From: Octopus bimaculoides
Taxonomy: Eukaryota
DNA: 64,000 bases
Direction: 5' to 3'
Assembly (NCBI RefSeq): GCF_001194135.2
Contig: NC_068982.1
Location: 121,485,844-121,549,843, forward strand
A program made the translations under genes and the position numbers. Within the stretch, counting starts at the first letter, position 1; each line of letters begins with the position of its first letter. The notes below the pieces were generated by a model. The model was not told the DNA's origin and searched no databases. It was given only the letters and a program-made list of their open reading frames with translations. Below, piece after piece: positions 39,903 through 53,411 of the stretch.

Positions 39903-40060
39903 CTGTAGACCACGTGATTGCAACAATTACTGCAGCAAAGATATTGTTGACAATGAGTGCAGCAGCAATTTGTGACTGAATGCTGTTGGTATGTCGCAGG
40001 TTCTGTATTTGAAGCAGCAGTGTTAATATGATGGATGGCGATACTGAACTGATAATACTT
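39903..40060 (-). CDS. SLC9B2-like: SLC9B/NHA-like exon containing the ion-binding motif ([52 protein letters not shown])
   Basis: Acceptor tttctctgttgacag, donor G|gtataa, 158 nt, phase 2 to 1. VSP motif present; AAALIVNN aligns to NHA2 MAAGSFDD. Confidence 0.9.
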
Positions 40061-40091
40061 CTGTCAACAGAGAAACACGTGTGTGTGTGTG

Positions 40092-40176
<85 letters not shown>

Positions 40177-40266
40177 TTATATATATTTGAATTCTTGTTC
40201 AGCCAAAGTCATAAACTTTGGCACCAAATATATATATCTATATATATATATATATACATATACATA

Positions 40267-41370
40267 CAGGGTGTGATGGATAAATTGTTGCCATTTTATA
40301 TTTTTAATTTCACGGATGCACAGTGTTTGTTTTTATTTTTGTTGACTACACAGTATAGTAGGGTCAGTTGGACACCATCTGTGAGAAAAACAACACCATG
40401 ACATAATTCACTCTGTCAGAAATTTGGAAACATGTACTACTTGGCATTCATGCTGGAAGCTCTAATGCTAGCATTTCAGAGTATTTGGGTGTCAATCTGA
40501 GGACAGTGCAGAGGATTTGGAAAGAACTGGATGAGTCTGATGGTGATTACAAAGGTACAGCAGCTTGGAAAACTCACTCTGATCGTTCTGACAAGAAAAT
40601 AACTCTGGAATTTGTTGGTGAGATCTAGGCCATAATTGACAACGATCCCTCCAAGTCAATCAGGTCCATCACCAGGGACATGGGAGTGACTGAGCTTCTT
40701 ATCAAGCAGGTAGTGCATGAAGACATTTGGTATTCCTTATACAAGATAAGAAAGGGCCAATTTTTAGCCCAAGCCATGAAGGACAAGGGGAAAGACTGCA
40801 CTACAAAGTTTCTGAACAAACTCAGGTATCTTCTCCAACTGAACATGCTTTGTTTTTTTCTCAGACGAGAAAATTTTCTACCAGGATCAGATGGTGAACA
40901 TACAGAACAACTGTTGGCTTGGTGTGTCCCCAAAACATGTACCAAGTGTGATAAAAATCAAATATCCAGTCAACATCGTGGTGTTTGGAGTGATCACTAG
41001 TTATGGCAAAATTATGCCTCCATTCATCTTCCCACACAGACTGGAAGAGGTAGTATTGTCCTGGGTCAAGAGGGTGGCTGCTGGAAGACCCTACATCTGG
41101 CAACAGGACTCTGCACTATGCCACACAAGCAGGAGAACCCAGTCATGGCTGTCAGACAATTTCTGTGACAACACAACCCCTGAAATCTAGCAACCTAACT
41201 CCCCAGACTGCAACCCCCTTGATTATTATGTGTGGGGCACAGTTGAGTGAGAGACCAACAAACTCCTTGTAACACCAAAGATGAACTGAAGGCAAGAATT
41301 ATGGCAACATTCACCAACAAGAAGACCACCCAGAAGAGTTGCAGGAGATTCCAAAGTTGTCTCAAGGCAC
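40267..41370 (+). mobile_element. Decayed Tc1/mariner transposon, DD37D (maT) family
   Basis: TA|cagggtg left end. FSDE, QQD and SPDCNPLDY motifs with 37 residues between the 2nd and 3rd Asp. In-frame stops, frameshifts and a deletion; no right TIR seen. Confidence 0.88.
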
Positions 41371-42309
41371 CAGCAAGACCAGTAGTTGGTTATTTTGTAA
41401 TTTTTAAAACATTTTCTATTGTAATGAGTAGGATAGGTTTATAGCACTTTATAACTTCTCTTTCATAACTTGTCCTTTCTTTTATACATAAAGCTCAATT
41501 CTTATTACCTTCTTGACAAGCACCCACTGCTAATATACCACCCTCTACCTCCAACCTTTGTGTTCATCCAACTAGCTAAAAATAGCACCCTTGATAATAA
41601 TTTTGTTTTTTGTGGCTTCCTTGCAAATTGGCAAAACACAGGATGGTTATGGGTGGCATGTTCTTGATCATATGACTGCTTGTTGAAGCCTGACCTGGAG
41701 CTAAACAACAGCAACAACCATCTTCTACAACCACCTCAACACTCCACCATTGTCTACACTACTGTCCCCAACTCTTTCCATGCCCAACCACAATCATCCA
41801 CTCAAATCCACTTTAACTGCTACCTTACACTCTTCCCGGCATTAATCTTTTATATACACACAACATCCATTACAAGTAAATCTACAGTTTAATCCTCCAC
41901 CACTGCTTTACTTTCATCTCCAAACCATCATTATAAGTACTTGAGAATTACAACTAAGGAATGGTCTGTCTTTGAGGAAGTCCAAGACTTGCTATTGCAG
42001 TAGATATGAATATTTCATAATTTCACTTGTTGTAGGTTTGGCGACAAGAATTAATTGAAGACATTCCTTACAGATCAAGTGTGATTTGAATGTCACAAAC
42101 TAATAAACATGAATTATGGAACAGAAAAATAACAGTTCGATAATCATTTCTAATTTCCTGTCTTTCGATAATTTTGTTCAATACCAGTTTCTAAAGGCGT
42201 CATTGATTGAATAATATTTCAGTAAGATAAAATTGTTAATGTGCTCTGGGAATCTTCAATTCTATTATTATTCTATTTCTCTGTTTGTATCTAGTTTACA
42301 GTTTATTCA

Positions 42310-42442
42310 TTCCATTCTCTCTCTCCCCCTCTTTCCTGCTTCACTCTCTCTCTCCCCCTCTTTCCTGCTTCACTCTCTCTCTCTCCCCCTCTTTCCTGCT
42401 TCACTCTCTCTCTCCCCCTCTTTCCTGCTTCACTCTCTCTCT
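42310..42442. repeat. 33/35-bp tandem repeat x4 (ctctctccccctctttcctgcttcactct)
   Basis: Direct inspection. Confidence 0.85.
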
Positions 42443-44463
42443 GTTTTATGTTTTTAGATCAATGTTCTTCTTTCTTAGGGGTTTTATCTTTACATTCTAC
42501 ATTTGAATTCCTGTTCAGCCAAAGTCATAAACCTTGGCACCAAATCTCAGTTTACCAAGCCATTAAGGTTGGTATTCACTTCTCAGTTTATTTTCATTTG
42601 AAAAAGATTATTTTTCCAGAAAACTATGAGATATTGCAACTAATAGAAACAGATCTCATTTTCAATTATATTATCTCAGTCATCCTTATATCTCTTAGTC
42701 TCCAGTGTACCATCTGTTTTCTTATCCACTTGGATGTCATTACAAGTAGGATCATCTGCCTTGTACACTTCAACTATATTCTCTTATTCCATTGCTTTCT
42801 AAGCTCATTTTCTCATAATTTCCAACTTAAGATTATTCTAAACAACAAAAGAACTACATTCATATTATTCTATTACACATTTCTATATTTTTGCCTTAAC
42901 AAAAAACCATGGACAAATAAATCATAAAGCCCTTCCAGTCATACAACAATTGCTTCACTAAAACATTCATCATACTGTCATTACGTGTCCTCAACTGTTA
43001 CTGCCATACAACATACTGCTTAAACATACAGCATTTAGTTTTTCCAATCACAATATGTTCTCAACTTTCATAGATATATAATATCTTTCCACTAATTCAT
43101 ACACTGTACTGTCTTTCCAGTCACTACAGATTATCTACTTCCACTGTCATACACCATCACTGACACACATTACAACCTCTCCAGTTCACTACAGGTCCTT
43201 TCTTTGCTATTATACAACATCACAACTGACACATATACCATAGTCCCACCAGTCGTTAGAGGTCTGCCTCGTTCATTGCCGTATAACATCATCCAGCTGA
43301 CACAAACAATCTCTCCAGCCATTACAGATTTTCTACCTTCATACATACATCAAAACACTGATATATACACCATACAGTTCAGTCTCTCTAGTCATAACAA
43401 CATCTCTTTCTTCACTGGCATCCACCATTAATACGTTTAACTGCTTCTCTTTACTACTCCCTATATAACTTTATATTTTCAGAATAGATATTTAATATTT
43501 TGTGTTTTGAATGAGCAAAAATTATTTGTTCCAAACAGAGACAGCAGTTACATGAAATTCCTCTAAACATTTTATAACCTAGTCACTATATGAACAATAG
43601 CTTCTATGCCAACACTAATTGTATTGCATAATTGGCAGAAATTACATACTAACCAGTGAATAAGTTAAGCTACTATAGTCATTAGAACTTGGTCGCTGTA
43701 TAATCTTTTGGTGAGATATTTAACTCAAAAGTAACCCATTCTTATAACCTGCTCATTTTCTGTAAAGACATTGTGGTGAAGAACATTTTACTTGTAAGCT
43801 GTAAAAGAGACATTGCTTAGAATACATCATCTTTTTGTATGTATGGAAAAGATAATGTCTTAATGAAACTATCTTATATGATGACTACAGTATCAGCCTC
43901 AGAACATGACTGATACTTATTTTATTGATCCTTGAAAAGACTATCTTAAACTAAATCAAGACCTCTGTGAATTAACCTTTTGCTGCCAACCTGAGACTAC
44001 CTGTGACTCTTTGAAGCAAAACTTTTTATTTTAAAGTGTTTGCATTTAAATTGAAACATCCCATCTTAATTTTATTTCAAACCCTTTTGTTCATTCTTCA
44101 AAAACCGAATTCTTAATTATTTTCAAAATTAACTGTATTACAAAGCCAGTACATTTCATTGAAAATCTGGTTGAAATAGTGAAGATGATCTTATAAATTA
44201 TCTCATATAAACCATCATAGGGATATCATAGGCAGTTATATTTACATCTCAACAAGATAATGAATGTTGACTAATATAATTCTATTCACATTTGTTGTTT
44301 GAGTAAATCTTTCTAGGTTTGTGTGAGGTTTTTGTTTTGTGTGTTTCTGAGTATGCTTAATTTTAGTGTTTGTGTTTGTTTTCTGAGCTTTTTAGGTGTG
44401 CTGAACATTCATATGTTTAAAGCCAAGATAAATAAGACATCGACAATACAGAAGATAACTTAC

Positions 44464-44643
44464 CCTAAAGATATACTCCATGACCAAGGTAATTTTGTAA
44501 TAAATCTGTACATACAAGCAGAGGTGAAAAGTTCAACTGCAAATGGCAATGAATGCAGGCGATAGAAGATATTGCTAGAACCTCTCCGAATTGACATTAT
44601 CTTGAAACCAGTTCGAAGAAGCAGAATGGTTAATGCAAAGTTC
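44464..44643 (-). CDS. SLC9B2-like: SLC9B/NHA-like exon (R-NFALTILLLRTGFKIMSIRRGSSNIFYRLHSLPFAVELFTSACMYRFITKLPWSWSISL-G)
   Basis: Acceptor ttcatcttctttag, donor GG|gtaagt, 180 nt, phase 2 to 2. Matches NHA2 RSIALSIILVRAG...PCIVEACT...LPWQWGFILG. Confidence 0.92.
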
Positions 44644-44747
44644 CTAAAGAAGATGAAAAAAAAAAAAGAAAAGAGAAGGAAAAAGATAAAGGAAAAAAAC
44701 AAGAAAAGTGATCTTCATATTGAATAAAACATAAGAGACAATGTAAT

Positions 44748-44787
<40 letters not shown>

Positions 44788-47340
44788 GAGGGTAGTGTAT
44801 GAATGAGTAAGACTAAAACACAATGTAGTGTGTAATGTCCTTTTATAGTCTGAATTCAAAACTCATTCGAGGTTGGTAAAATACGTAACAGTCAAATACC
44901 GGGGTCAATTAGATCAAGTTTTTTATTTCATAGTCCAGGGAAAGGTCTTGCAAAATTGGTGAAGTTGCTGTTCTTTTTATTGTTGTTTGGCATCAGGTCA
45001 ATTCTGATTTGGCAGATCTATGACCAAAGCCCGTTTCATCTATAACCATCCCCTCTTTTTATGTACTAAGGTTACCTTGTCCAATGTGTCCTTCGATTAT
45101 TTTAAGGAATAGGGTTGATTTAAGAGGCTTTAGTTACTACTTCAAGCAGATAGAGTGACCATGTGGAAACTTCTACATTGGTTTGACTGTTATGGTAGGT
45201 ATGGTTGATGATAATGCCCTCTGATTAATTTAAATGCCTGTGAGGATGATGTTCTCTTATTAACTTAACATCTATAGAGTTCATGTCCTCTAATTAACTT
45301 AAAATTCTGTAAACTGATGTCCCTGCTTCTCTCTGGATATATTTTCTTATGGCACTATAAGAAATCAATATTTTTTTCTTGAAAATAGAAAATTCTAGAG
45401 GTTAATTTCCTATCAGTCAAACCTATATTATTTGCGATTGTAGCTTTGAGTCAATTCACTTCAATTATATAATATGCTCTGGCAAGAAAAGCATGAACAT
45501 CCTACAGTTTCATACCCGCATTTCAAGGCCCTGCACTAGACATTATTCCTAATCTTGATGTTGTGATATTATACATTATGCCTGATGGACATTGAAACAT
45601 TGAGTAAAAAAAGTCTTCTACCATGGCCTTAGGTCAACCAAAACCTTGTGAATAAAAACTGGCAGAAGGAAACTATGTGGAAGCCTATCTGCAATACTGT
45701 TCTGTTTTTAGGTGAAGGAATTAAGCTTTTGTCCAAATTAACACCACTACCACCACAGCAACAACTGCAACAACCTAGCTCAGAGTTTGTCAAGTATTAA
45801 AAGATAGTAAGAAATTATTATTATTATCATCATTATTATTATAATTATTAAGGTGGCGAACTGGTAGAATCGTTAGCATGCTGGATGAAATGCATAACAG
45901 TGTTTTGCCTGTTGCTCTATTCTGAGTTCAAATTCTGCTGAGCTCGACTTTGTCTTTCATCATTTTGAGGTCAATTAAAAAAAAAAGTACCAGTTGAAAA
46001 CTGGGATCGATGTAATCGACTCACTCCCCCTCCCAATTCTTGCACTTGTGACAAAATTTGAAACCATTATTACTATTATGTATAGGTATGCTCACTTTGC
46101 CTTTTATCCTTTCAGGGTTGATGAAATAAGTAGCAGTTACATACTAGGGGTCGATGTGATCAATTAGCTTCATTTCCCCAAATTTGCTGGTCTTGTGCCA
46201 AAATTTGAAACCATTATTATACATAGGCATATCATATACTGCATTTAAGAAAGAAAAGAAATGGAATAAAATTTTTTAAAACAAGGAAACTGAAAAAGCT
46301 TTAAAAGTTGTTGGGAACAGTTACGTGCTTTTGGGGGTTAAGACTCACAGCAAATGAATTAAATCATATTTTTTGAAACATATATCATAATTTCGATTGA
46401 TGGTTAGCGGATGTTGTTTTAAATTTACATGAAGGATTGTGTTAACCTATGCACATATAAACTCATTTATACAAATTCACATGTAGATTTGTGCACTCAC
46501 ATAAACATATGGAACTGTAATAGTAGATAAATATGAAAGGTTTACAAATGATAAAATATATTTCAAGCAAATTGTAGATGTTATGTATATAATATAAAAT
46601 GTAGAATATATAGGCAAATTATATATGTAGTGTTATTAAGTCTTGAATAACTCTTTATATCATGCATATTGCAAAACAAATGAAACTTTAAGCTATATAC
46701 ATAAATTATCAATCACTCAAAAAATCATTATTAAAAACTTGGTCAAAAATATTTCAGTCAGACTGTCTAAATTATCTTCTGACAAACCAATTTTACAGAT
46801 TCATTGGAATACTCTTTTCTACTCTAGGCACAAGGCCCGAAACTTTTGGGGAGGGGGCTAGTTGATTAGATTGACCCCAGTACGTAACTGGTACTTAATT
46901 TATTGACCCTGAAAAATGAAAGGCAAAGTCGACCTCAGCGGAATTTGAACTTAGAACGTAAAGATAGATGAAATACTGTTAAGCATTTCGCCTGGCGTAC
47001 TAACATTTCTGCTAGCTCGCCACCTTAGACCCATTGGAATATTACAGTGGTAGATTTGAAAGAAAAAATATATGACTAGATATGACTAGAAATGCAACTT
47101 TGGTAGAATTCTCTTTTAATTTAGCTATAGCCATCCCATTTCCATCTTTGAATTTGTACAGGGAACACTTTTAGTGAGTGAAAATATCACAGTATTTTTA
47201 CTCTTCCACATCCAATTTTGCACAATTTCTTGCCTCATCTAAACAATTAAGTTAAATGAACATGCATCTAACCTATCGATTAATTATTGCAGTAATTGTC
47301 CCTTAAAAAACTGTTTAGATTAAAAATATAAATAGTAAGT

Positions 47341-47630
47341 TCACTATCATCATCCTCATCATCATCATCATCATCATCATCATTTACCATTCATTTTCCA
47401 TGCTGGCATGGGTTGGACGGTTTGACTGAAAACTAGTAACCTGGGGAGCTGCACCAGGTTTCAGTCTGATTTGGCATGGTTTCTAGAGCTGGATACCCTT
47501 CCTAATTTCAACCACTCTAAGTGTATAGTGGGTGCTTTTTATGTACCACCAGTACAGGTGCCATTTACAAAACACTGGCATTGGCCACTACTATGATCTC
47601 ACTTGGCTTGACAGGTCTTCTCAAGCACGG
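47341..47630 (-). mobile_element. Older 3' fragment of the same RTE family
   Basis: Same 3' UTR and (GAT)n tail, more diverged. Confidence 0.75.
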
Positions 47631-47631
47631 T

Positions 47632-50010
47632 CATCATCATCATCATTATCGTTTAACGTCTGCCTGCCATGCTAGCATGGGTTGGACGATTTGACTGAGG
47701 ACTGGCGAACTAGAAGGCTGCACCAGGCTCCAATCTGAGCTGGCAGAGTTTCTACANNNNNNNNNNAGGCTGCACCAGGCTCCAATCTGAGCTGGCAGAG
47801 TTTCTACAGCTGGATGCCCTTCCTAATGCCAACCACTCCGAGAGTGTAGTGGGTGCTTTTACGTGCCACCGGCCCCAACTACGATTTCACTTGCTTTGAC
47901 GAGTCTTCTCCCGCACAGCATATCGCTCAATGTTCAAAGGGTGCTTTTTACGTGCCGCCAGCATGAGTGCCAGTTACACGACATTTGGATTGGCAATGAC
48001 TGTGATTTCACTTGGCTTGTTGAGTCTTCTCAAGCATGGCATATCGACAAAGCTCTCGGTCACTTGTCATTGCCTCCGTGAGGCCCAACGTTCAAAGATC
48101 ATGCTTCATCACCTCGTCCTATGTTTTCCTGGGTCTACCACTTTCACAAGTTCCCTCCACAGTTAGAGATCAGCATTTCTTCCCACAGCTGTCCTCGTCA
48201 ATATGCCTTACATGACCATAACTGCACAGTTGTCTCTCTTTCACACCACATCTGATACCTCTTATGTCCAACTTTTCTCTCAAGACGCTTACACTCTGTT
48301 GTACATGCACACTGACATTGTACACCCAGCAAAGCATACTAGCTTCATTTCTTTCATGACTTCGCATGTCCTTGCTGATCACAGCCCATGTTACACTGTC
48401 GTGTAGCATGGATGTTCGCATGCAGGCGTCATACAATCTGCTTTTCACTCCGATGGAGAGACCCTTTGTTACCAAAAGAGGTAGGAGCTCTCTGAACTTT
48501 GTCCAGCCTATTCTTATTCTAGCACCGATGCTCTTGGAGCATCCACCTCCGCTACTGACTTAGTCACTTAGGTAACAAAAGCTATCAACTATTTCTAATT
48601 TTCCCCGCCTGACATTTGGTGAAGTCTATTTTTTGTACATTTTTAGTGTTAATTGTACCTGTGCACATTCCACACACAAAAGCTATTTTCCCTGTTAACC
48701 TTCCTCTGATATTGCTACACCTCTTATGTGTCCATAGCTTATACCGGGTACATCTTGTGGAATTACTACCTATGCTTTTTCTACAGTTCAAGTAGGGCCA
48801 TCTACGAGAAGGAATTTGTGATTTGTCTCCTTTCTTTCTACCTAAGACTTTCGTTTTTGCTAGCTTTTTGATTCTAGACCTTGCTTCCACACCTGAAATT
48901 TCTTCTCTAGTTCTGGTAGTGGCTATAAGAAGAAGGTCATCAGCATAGAGGAGCTCCCAGGGCAGCCCACCTTAAATTCCTCTGTTATTGCCTGGAAGAC
49001 TATGATGAACAAGAGGGAGTTGATCCTTGGTGAATCCCTACTTTTACCCTGAATTCTTTGCTATACATGTTGCTAACCTTTACCTTACTGACAGCATCTC
49101 TATACATGGCTTGTACAGCTCTCACCAATCACACATCTATCCCTAGCTTTCACATTGACCACCAGATAAGGGAGCGGGGGACTGTGTCAAAGGCTTTCTC
49201 CATGTCAACAAAAACCAGGTACAAAATTTTATTTTTGGCTAGATATTTCTCTTGCAGTTCCCTAACCAGGAGTATAACATCAGTTGTGCTCCTGCTTAGC
49301 ACAAATCCGAACTGCATCTCATTTACACTAACTCTCACCCTAATCAATTGAGCTATGACTCTTTCTGTGTCTTTCATCACCTGGTCTAGCAGTTTGATGC
49401 CTCTGTAATTATTCCTAAGGCGTCACCTTTGCCTTTGTAGCAGTTGACTATGATGCTGCTACACCAGTCGTTGGGTATGACTCCCTCATGGACAACCTGG
49501 TTAACTATACAGGTGACTAGGCTATAACCTACTCTACCAGATATTTTAAGCATCTCATACGAGATTCCTGATGGGCCCGGGGCTTTCCCTGTCTTCATGT
49601 CCTTAATTGCTTTATCTATTAAGCTGCTGTCGATTCGGATAGCTGGTCCCTCAGTTGGGTCAGTCTCTCTTTCTCCCATTCATTCTCCACATTCAGCAGT
49701 CTTTCATAATGGCATCTCCAAGCCTCTTTCTTTGCAGAATCATTAAACGCGGACACGTTTCTCTCCTATGACATCACGATTTTCTCTCACACACTGTCTT
49801 GCAATCTGGAACACTTCAAGTCTCAGGTCCTCACGTCGCACAACATAGACAAACTCCTTCTTTTCTGCTTCTCCCTTGGCTAGATATACCTGTCTCCTAG
49901 CTTCCCTTCTGGATCTCTGATACAGTTCTCTGCTACCCCCACACTGCTAGTTCTTTCAGGCCTGTTTCTTTGCTCTAACGGCCTTGTCTACAGTATCGTT
50001 CCACCATTTG
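47632..50010 (-). mobile_element. 5'-truncated RTE-clade LINE (ORF2 RT region, frameshifted)
   Basis: WWND, GKAPGPSGI, QFGF, FVDMEKAFDTV and LLYADDL motifs. 3' UTR ends in (GAT)n. Confidence 0.92.
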
Positions 50011-51544
50011 TAAGATGGTGATTCGTATTAATATTCATTTATAGTAAAAAAAATTACAGAACATTAATATTCTGTATTTTTTAGATATTATATATAGTGA
50101 TTATCTTTAAATATTATACATTATATTTTAAATTATCTCCAAATATAGTTTGTGATTTATAAATCTTTCCCAAATTTGCTTCAATCTTTCTTCAGATGCA
50201 CTCTTTGTTCATAATGGCGCGCGTATGCTTGTAAAATTGTTTGCATGCATGCATGAAGTCATGTTATTCACACAAATACATACACAAACATATATAGACG
50301 AGCGTATGAAGAACAGAAGAACGTAGTGCTCAGCACATTTAGTTGAAGTTGTATAGGTCGACCTAGCCACACATTACTTAAAGTTTCCTGCGCACAAAAC
50401 ACATCCACATCATCAGACGTACGGAATCAGAGAAAGAAAATTTTAAATAGCTTTTAGGTAAGAATATTTAGGTATCCACTGGTCAACTCACGTCACATAA
50501 GTGTATTTCAAGATTCAGAGACATCAATTTTTTTTCAATACTTGTACCTGGTGACCCAGCTGAGTGCATGTTGCCGTCATTTAGTCAGCATTCTGAAGGA
50601 AGTTCGGCGACAGAAGTTGCCATGTAGAAAGGTTACCGGTTTGGTGATGTTAGGTTACATATAAGTTTCCGTAACAATTATGGATGGTGGGTAATAGTAG
50701 ACTGTAATCTCTCTACAGGCGGGGGTACTTACCCTGTAATTGTCAATTAGTCAACTAGGCCTAGGGTAACATTTCCTCGTTATCAACAGCTAATATCTAG
50801 AAGTTCTTTGATAGAGTGCATCTCTGGTTACAATAATAGGATAGTTGGTTTTCATATTGATAAATACTGCGGGCAACTGAGTATGTGCAGTCTCTCACAG
50901 AAGTAGAATTACCAATTGAGAACTCTAGATGAGCAAGGAGTGGCCTTGTCAAGGATGCCCCATGTAATACTGGGAATATTCTTTCCATGTTTCTGGTGTC
51001 TCCTGATGAAGCAGACAGGGTCGGGGATTTTTGCCTGTTACAACACTCAAAGAAGTGCTTGTTTTGCTTAAAACTTCCTTCAAAGTTACTAGCTGTTATA
51101 CATGTGTAGTGTCTTGAGAACCCATCGAGTAGAATCAGAGTAGACCACAGCCTTAGAGGGGAAGGATTCTCCCAGTGGTAGGATTTCAGTAGCTACAGTC
51201 TAGAATGTAGGGTGAAAACAGTGTGGGTATGTGTTTGCTTCTGTGGCGTGGTATGTTGGAAACGATATTATTTAAACGTAGACTTTGTGAGAATTAGAGT
51301 TTATGATATCTATGAATCAAATTCGCATAAGAAAGCTCCTAACTATATTAGATGCCATAACTCTATGATAGATAAAGGTACAGGCAGAACAAATTTTGTT
51401 CATTAAATCGAAATATTTAATTAGAGTGCGCAGTGACTCATTTGGAATATATGATGGTTGTCTACTCCTTATGCAGAGTCTGACCGCCCCGTGCACTTGC
51501 ACCTTAGATTCATCATGGCGTCTGATGTGGCTTTTTAAAATTAA

Positions 51545-51640
51545 CTCTAGCCTTCATATCTTGATGCAAAGCCCTGGTCATGTTTACAAATTTTTGGGGG
51601 CAACCTATTTTCCTTAGAATTAGCCACAGGACAGGTCATT
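51545..51640 (-). mobile_element. Short RTE RT fragment
   Basis: LWLILRKIGCPQKFVNMTRALHQDMKARVNF. Confidence 0.6.
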
Positions 51641-53411
51641 CGGAGTTTTCTTTCCTCAGTCGAGATCCAGATTATCTTTTCAATTTCGGCTGGTTATTCT
51701 CGATATTGCTCCAATCTGGCCAGCCCCAAGGAAAAACTAAGCTATGAGCTGCCATGGAAGAAAGCAGCGAATGTATACAAAAACAAGGACGGAAAAAAAT
51801 GTATGTATGTATGCATGTCATTGTTCAGTTTTATTTCAAGATTTCTTGCCAATAGAGAAAAATCCAGTTTCTAACCTAGATTCAAGGCTCCTTCATTGGA
51901 ATTTCAACATCAACAACAGGGTATTTTGTTTGTTTGTTTGTATGTATGCATGTATGTATCTGTGCAGATTTGTACGTTTTGTTTTATGTATGTATTCTCA
52001 TGCATATAGTTGCATATCTAGACATGCTCATTTATATTTAAATGATAAACTTCTAGAAAGTTTTACAGATTTTTACAGTTCCAGTGATGGATTGGATCTG
52101 TAGCCTTCGAATTAACTTTCTCCTTTCTGGTTTTTAGAAGCTTAATTTCTCAAGATTGGTATTTAGGCAGTATGTTACATATCTCAGGGCCCGTATGTAT
52201 GTATGTATGTATGTATGTATGTATGTATGTATGTATGTATGTATGCATGCATGCATGTATGTATGTATGTATGTATGTAAACTTATGTATATACGCACAT
52301 ACATATTGATGTCGACAGAGCAGCGTGAACATGTAACAGGTGTGATATACGGACGCTACACAGTATTATAGCTAGAACTGAAATGTTCACATTAAAATAT
52401 TTGTACGCATGTGTGCTAGAATGTTGCGAGTGCTTGAATAATGCGTGCGAGTAATTGCAGATATACACACCCGCACACACTCACACATAAGGGTACTGTG
52501 TGTATATTTCACTGGCCTGTCTATTTATTTCCTCTTCGGTGTGTATCTAGGCATGTGTATATGCAAGTTGATACAGTTATATTTTCGTGTGTGCATTTGC
52601 TGTATCCTTTAGTTGTGGGTGGGCTATCCAGTTATGTAATTGGCTATTGTTTATATAGCGTGACATAATGGTTATGAAGTGCATTCGCTAGGTGGTTTCA
52701 ATGTAATTTCAATATTATTAATTTGGGATAAGGTATGCAGTGCATTATGGAGAAGTATGTGTCGACCTGTGTGTGTTTGTGCGTGTATACGCACGCGCCC
52801 GCGCGCGTGTGTGCATGTGTATGTGTATGTTTAGCGAGTGGAGTCGAAGAGTATGGAAGTGCCCTAAGGTTTTCCATTGGTCATCCCCCCCGTACTCTCA
52901 GATATCACTCGCTGCACACACAAACACAAACACACAAACACAAACACACACACATACACACACGCACACACATACACACACACACACACACACATACACA
53001 CACATGCACATGCACTCGTAGTTTTCATCAGTTTTTTGTTGTTAATATAAAGTTCTCAATATTTTATATGATGATTATTAATATTCGCATGAAACCATTG
53101 GTATCTTATTAACAGCACTCTATTATTAAAAGAATGTGTGTGTGTGTGTGTGTGCGTGTGCGCGCGCACACGCGAGTATATNNNNNNNNNNNNNNNNNNN
53201 NNNNNNNNNNNNNNNNNNNNNNNNNNNNNNNNNNNNNNNNNNNNNNNNNNNNNNNNNNNNNNNNNNNNNNNNNNNNNNNNNNNNNNNNNNNNNNNNNNNN
53301 NNNNNNNNNNNNNNNNNNNNNNNNNNNNNNNNNNNNNNNNNNNNNNNNNNNNNNNNNNNNNNNNNNNNNNNNNNNNNNNNNNNNNNNNNNNTATATATAT
53401 ATATATATATC

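Noticed and set aside
47700-47810. Duplicated 42-mer on both sides of a 10-N gap
   Set aside because: Probably a contig-overlap assembly artefact.
51003-51095. CTGATGA with a long possible stem II (hammerhead candidate)
   Set aside because: The second core reads AAAA instead of GAAA, and stem I does not pair next to the core.
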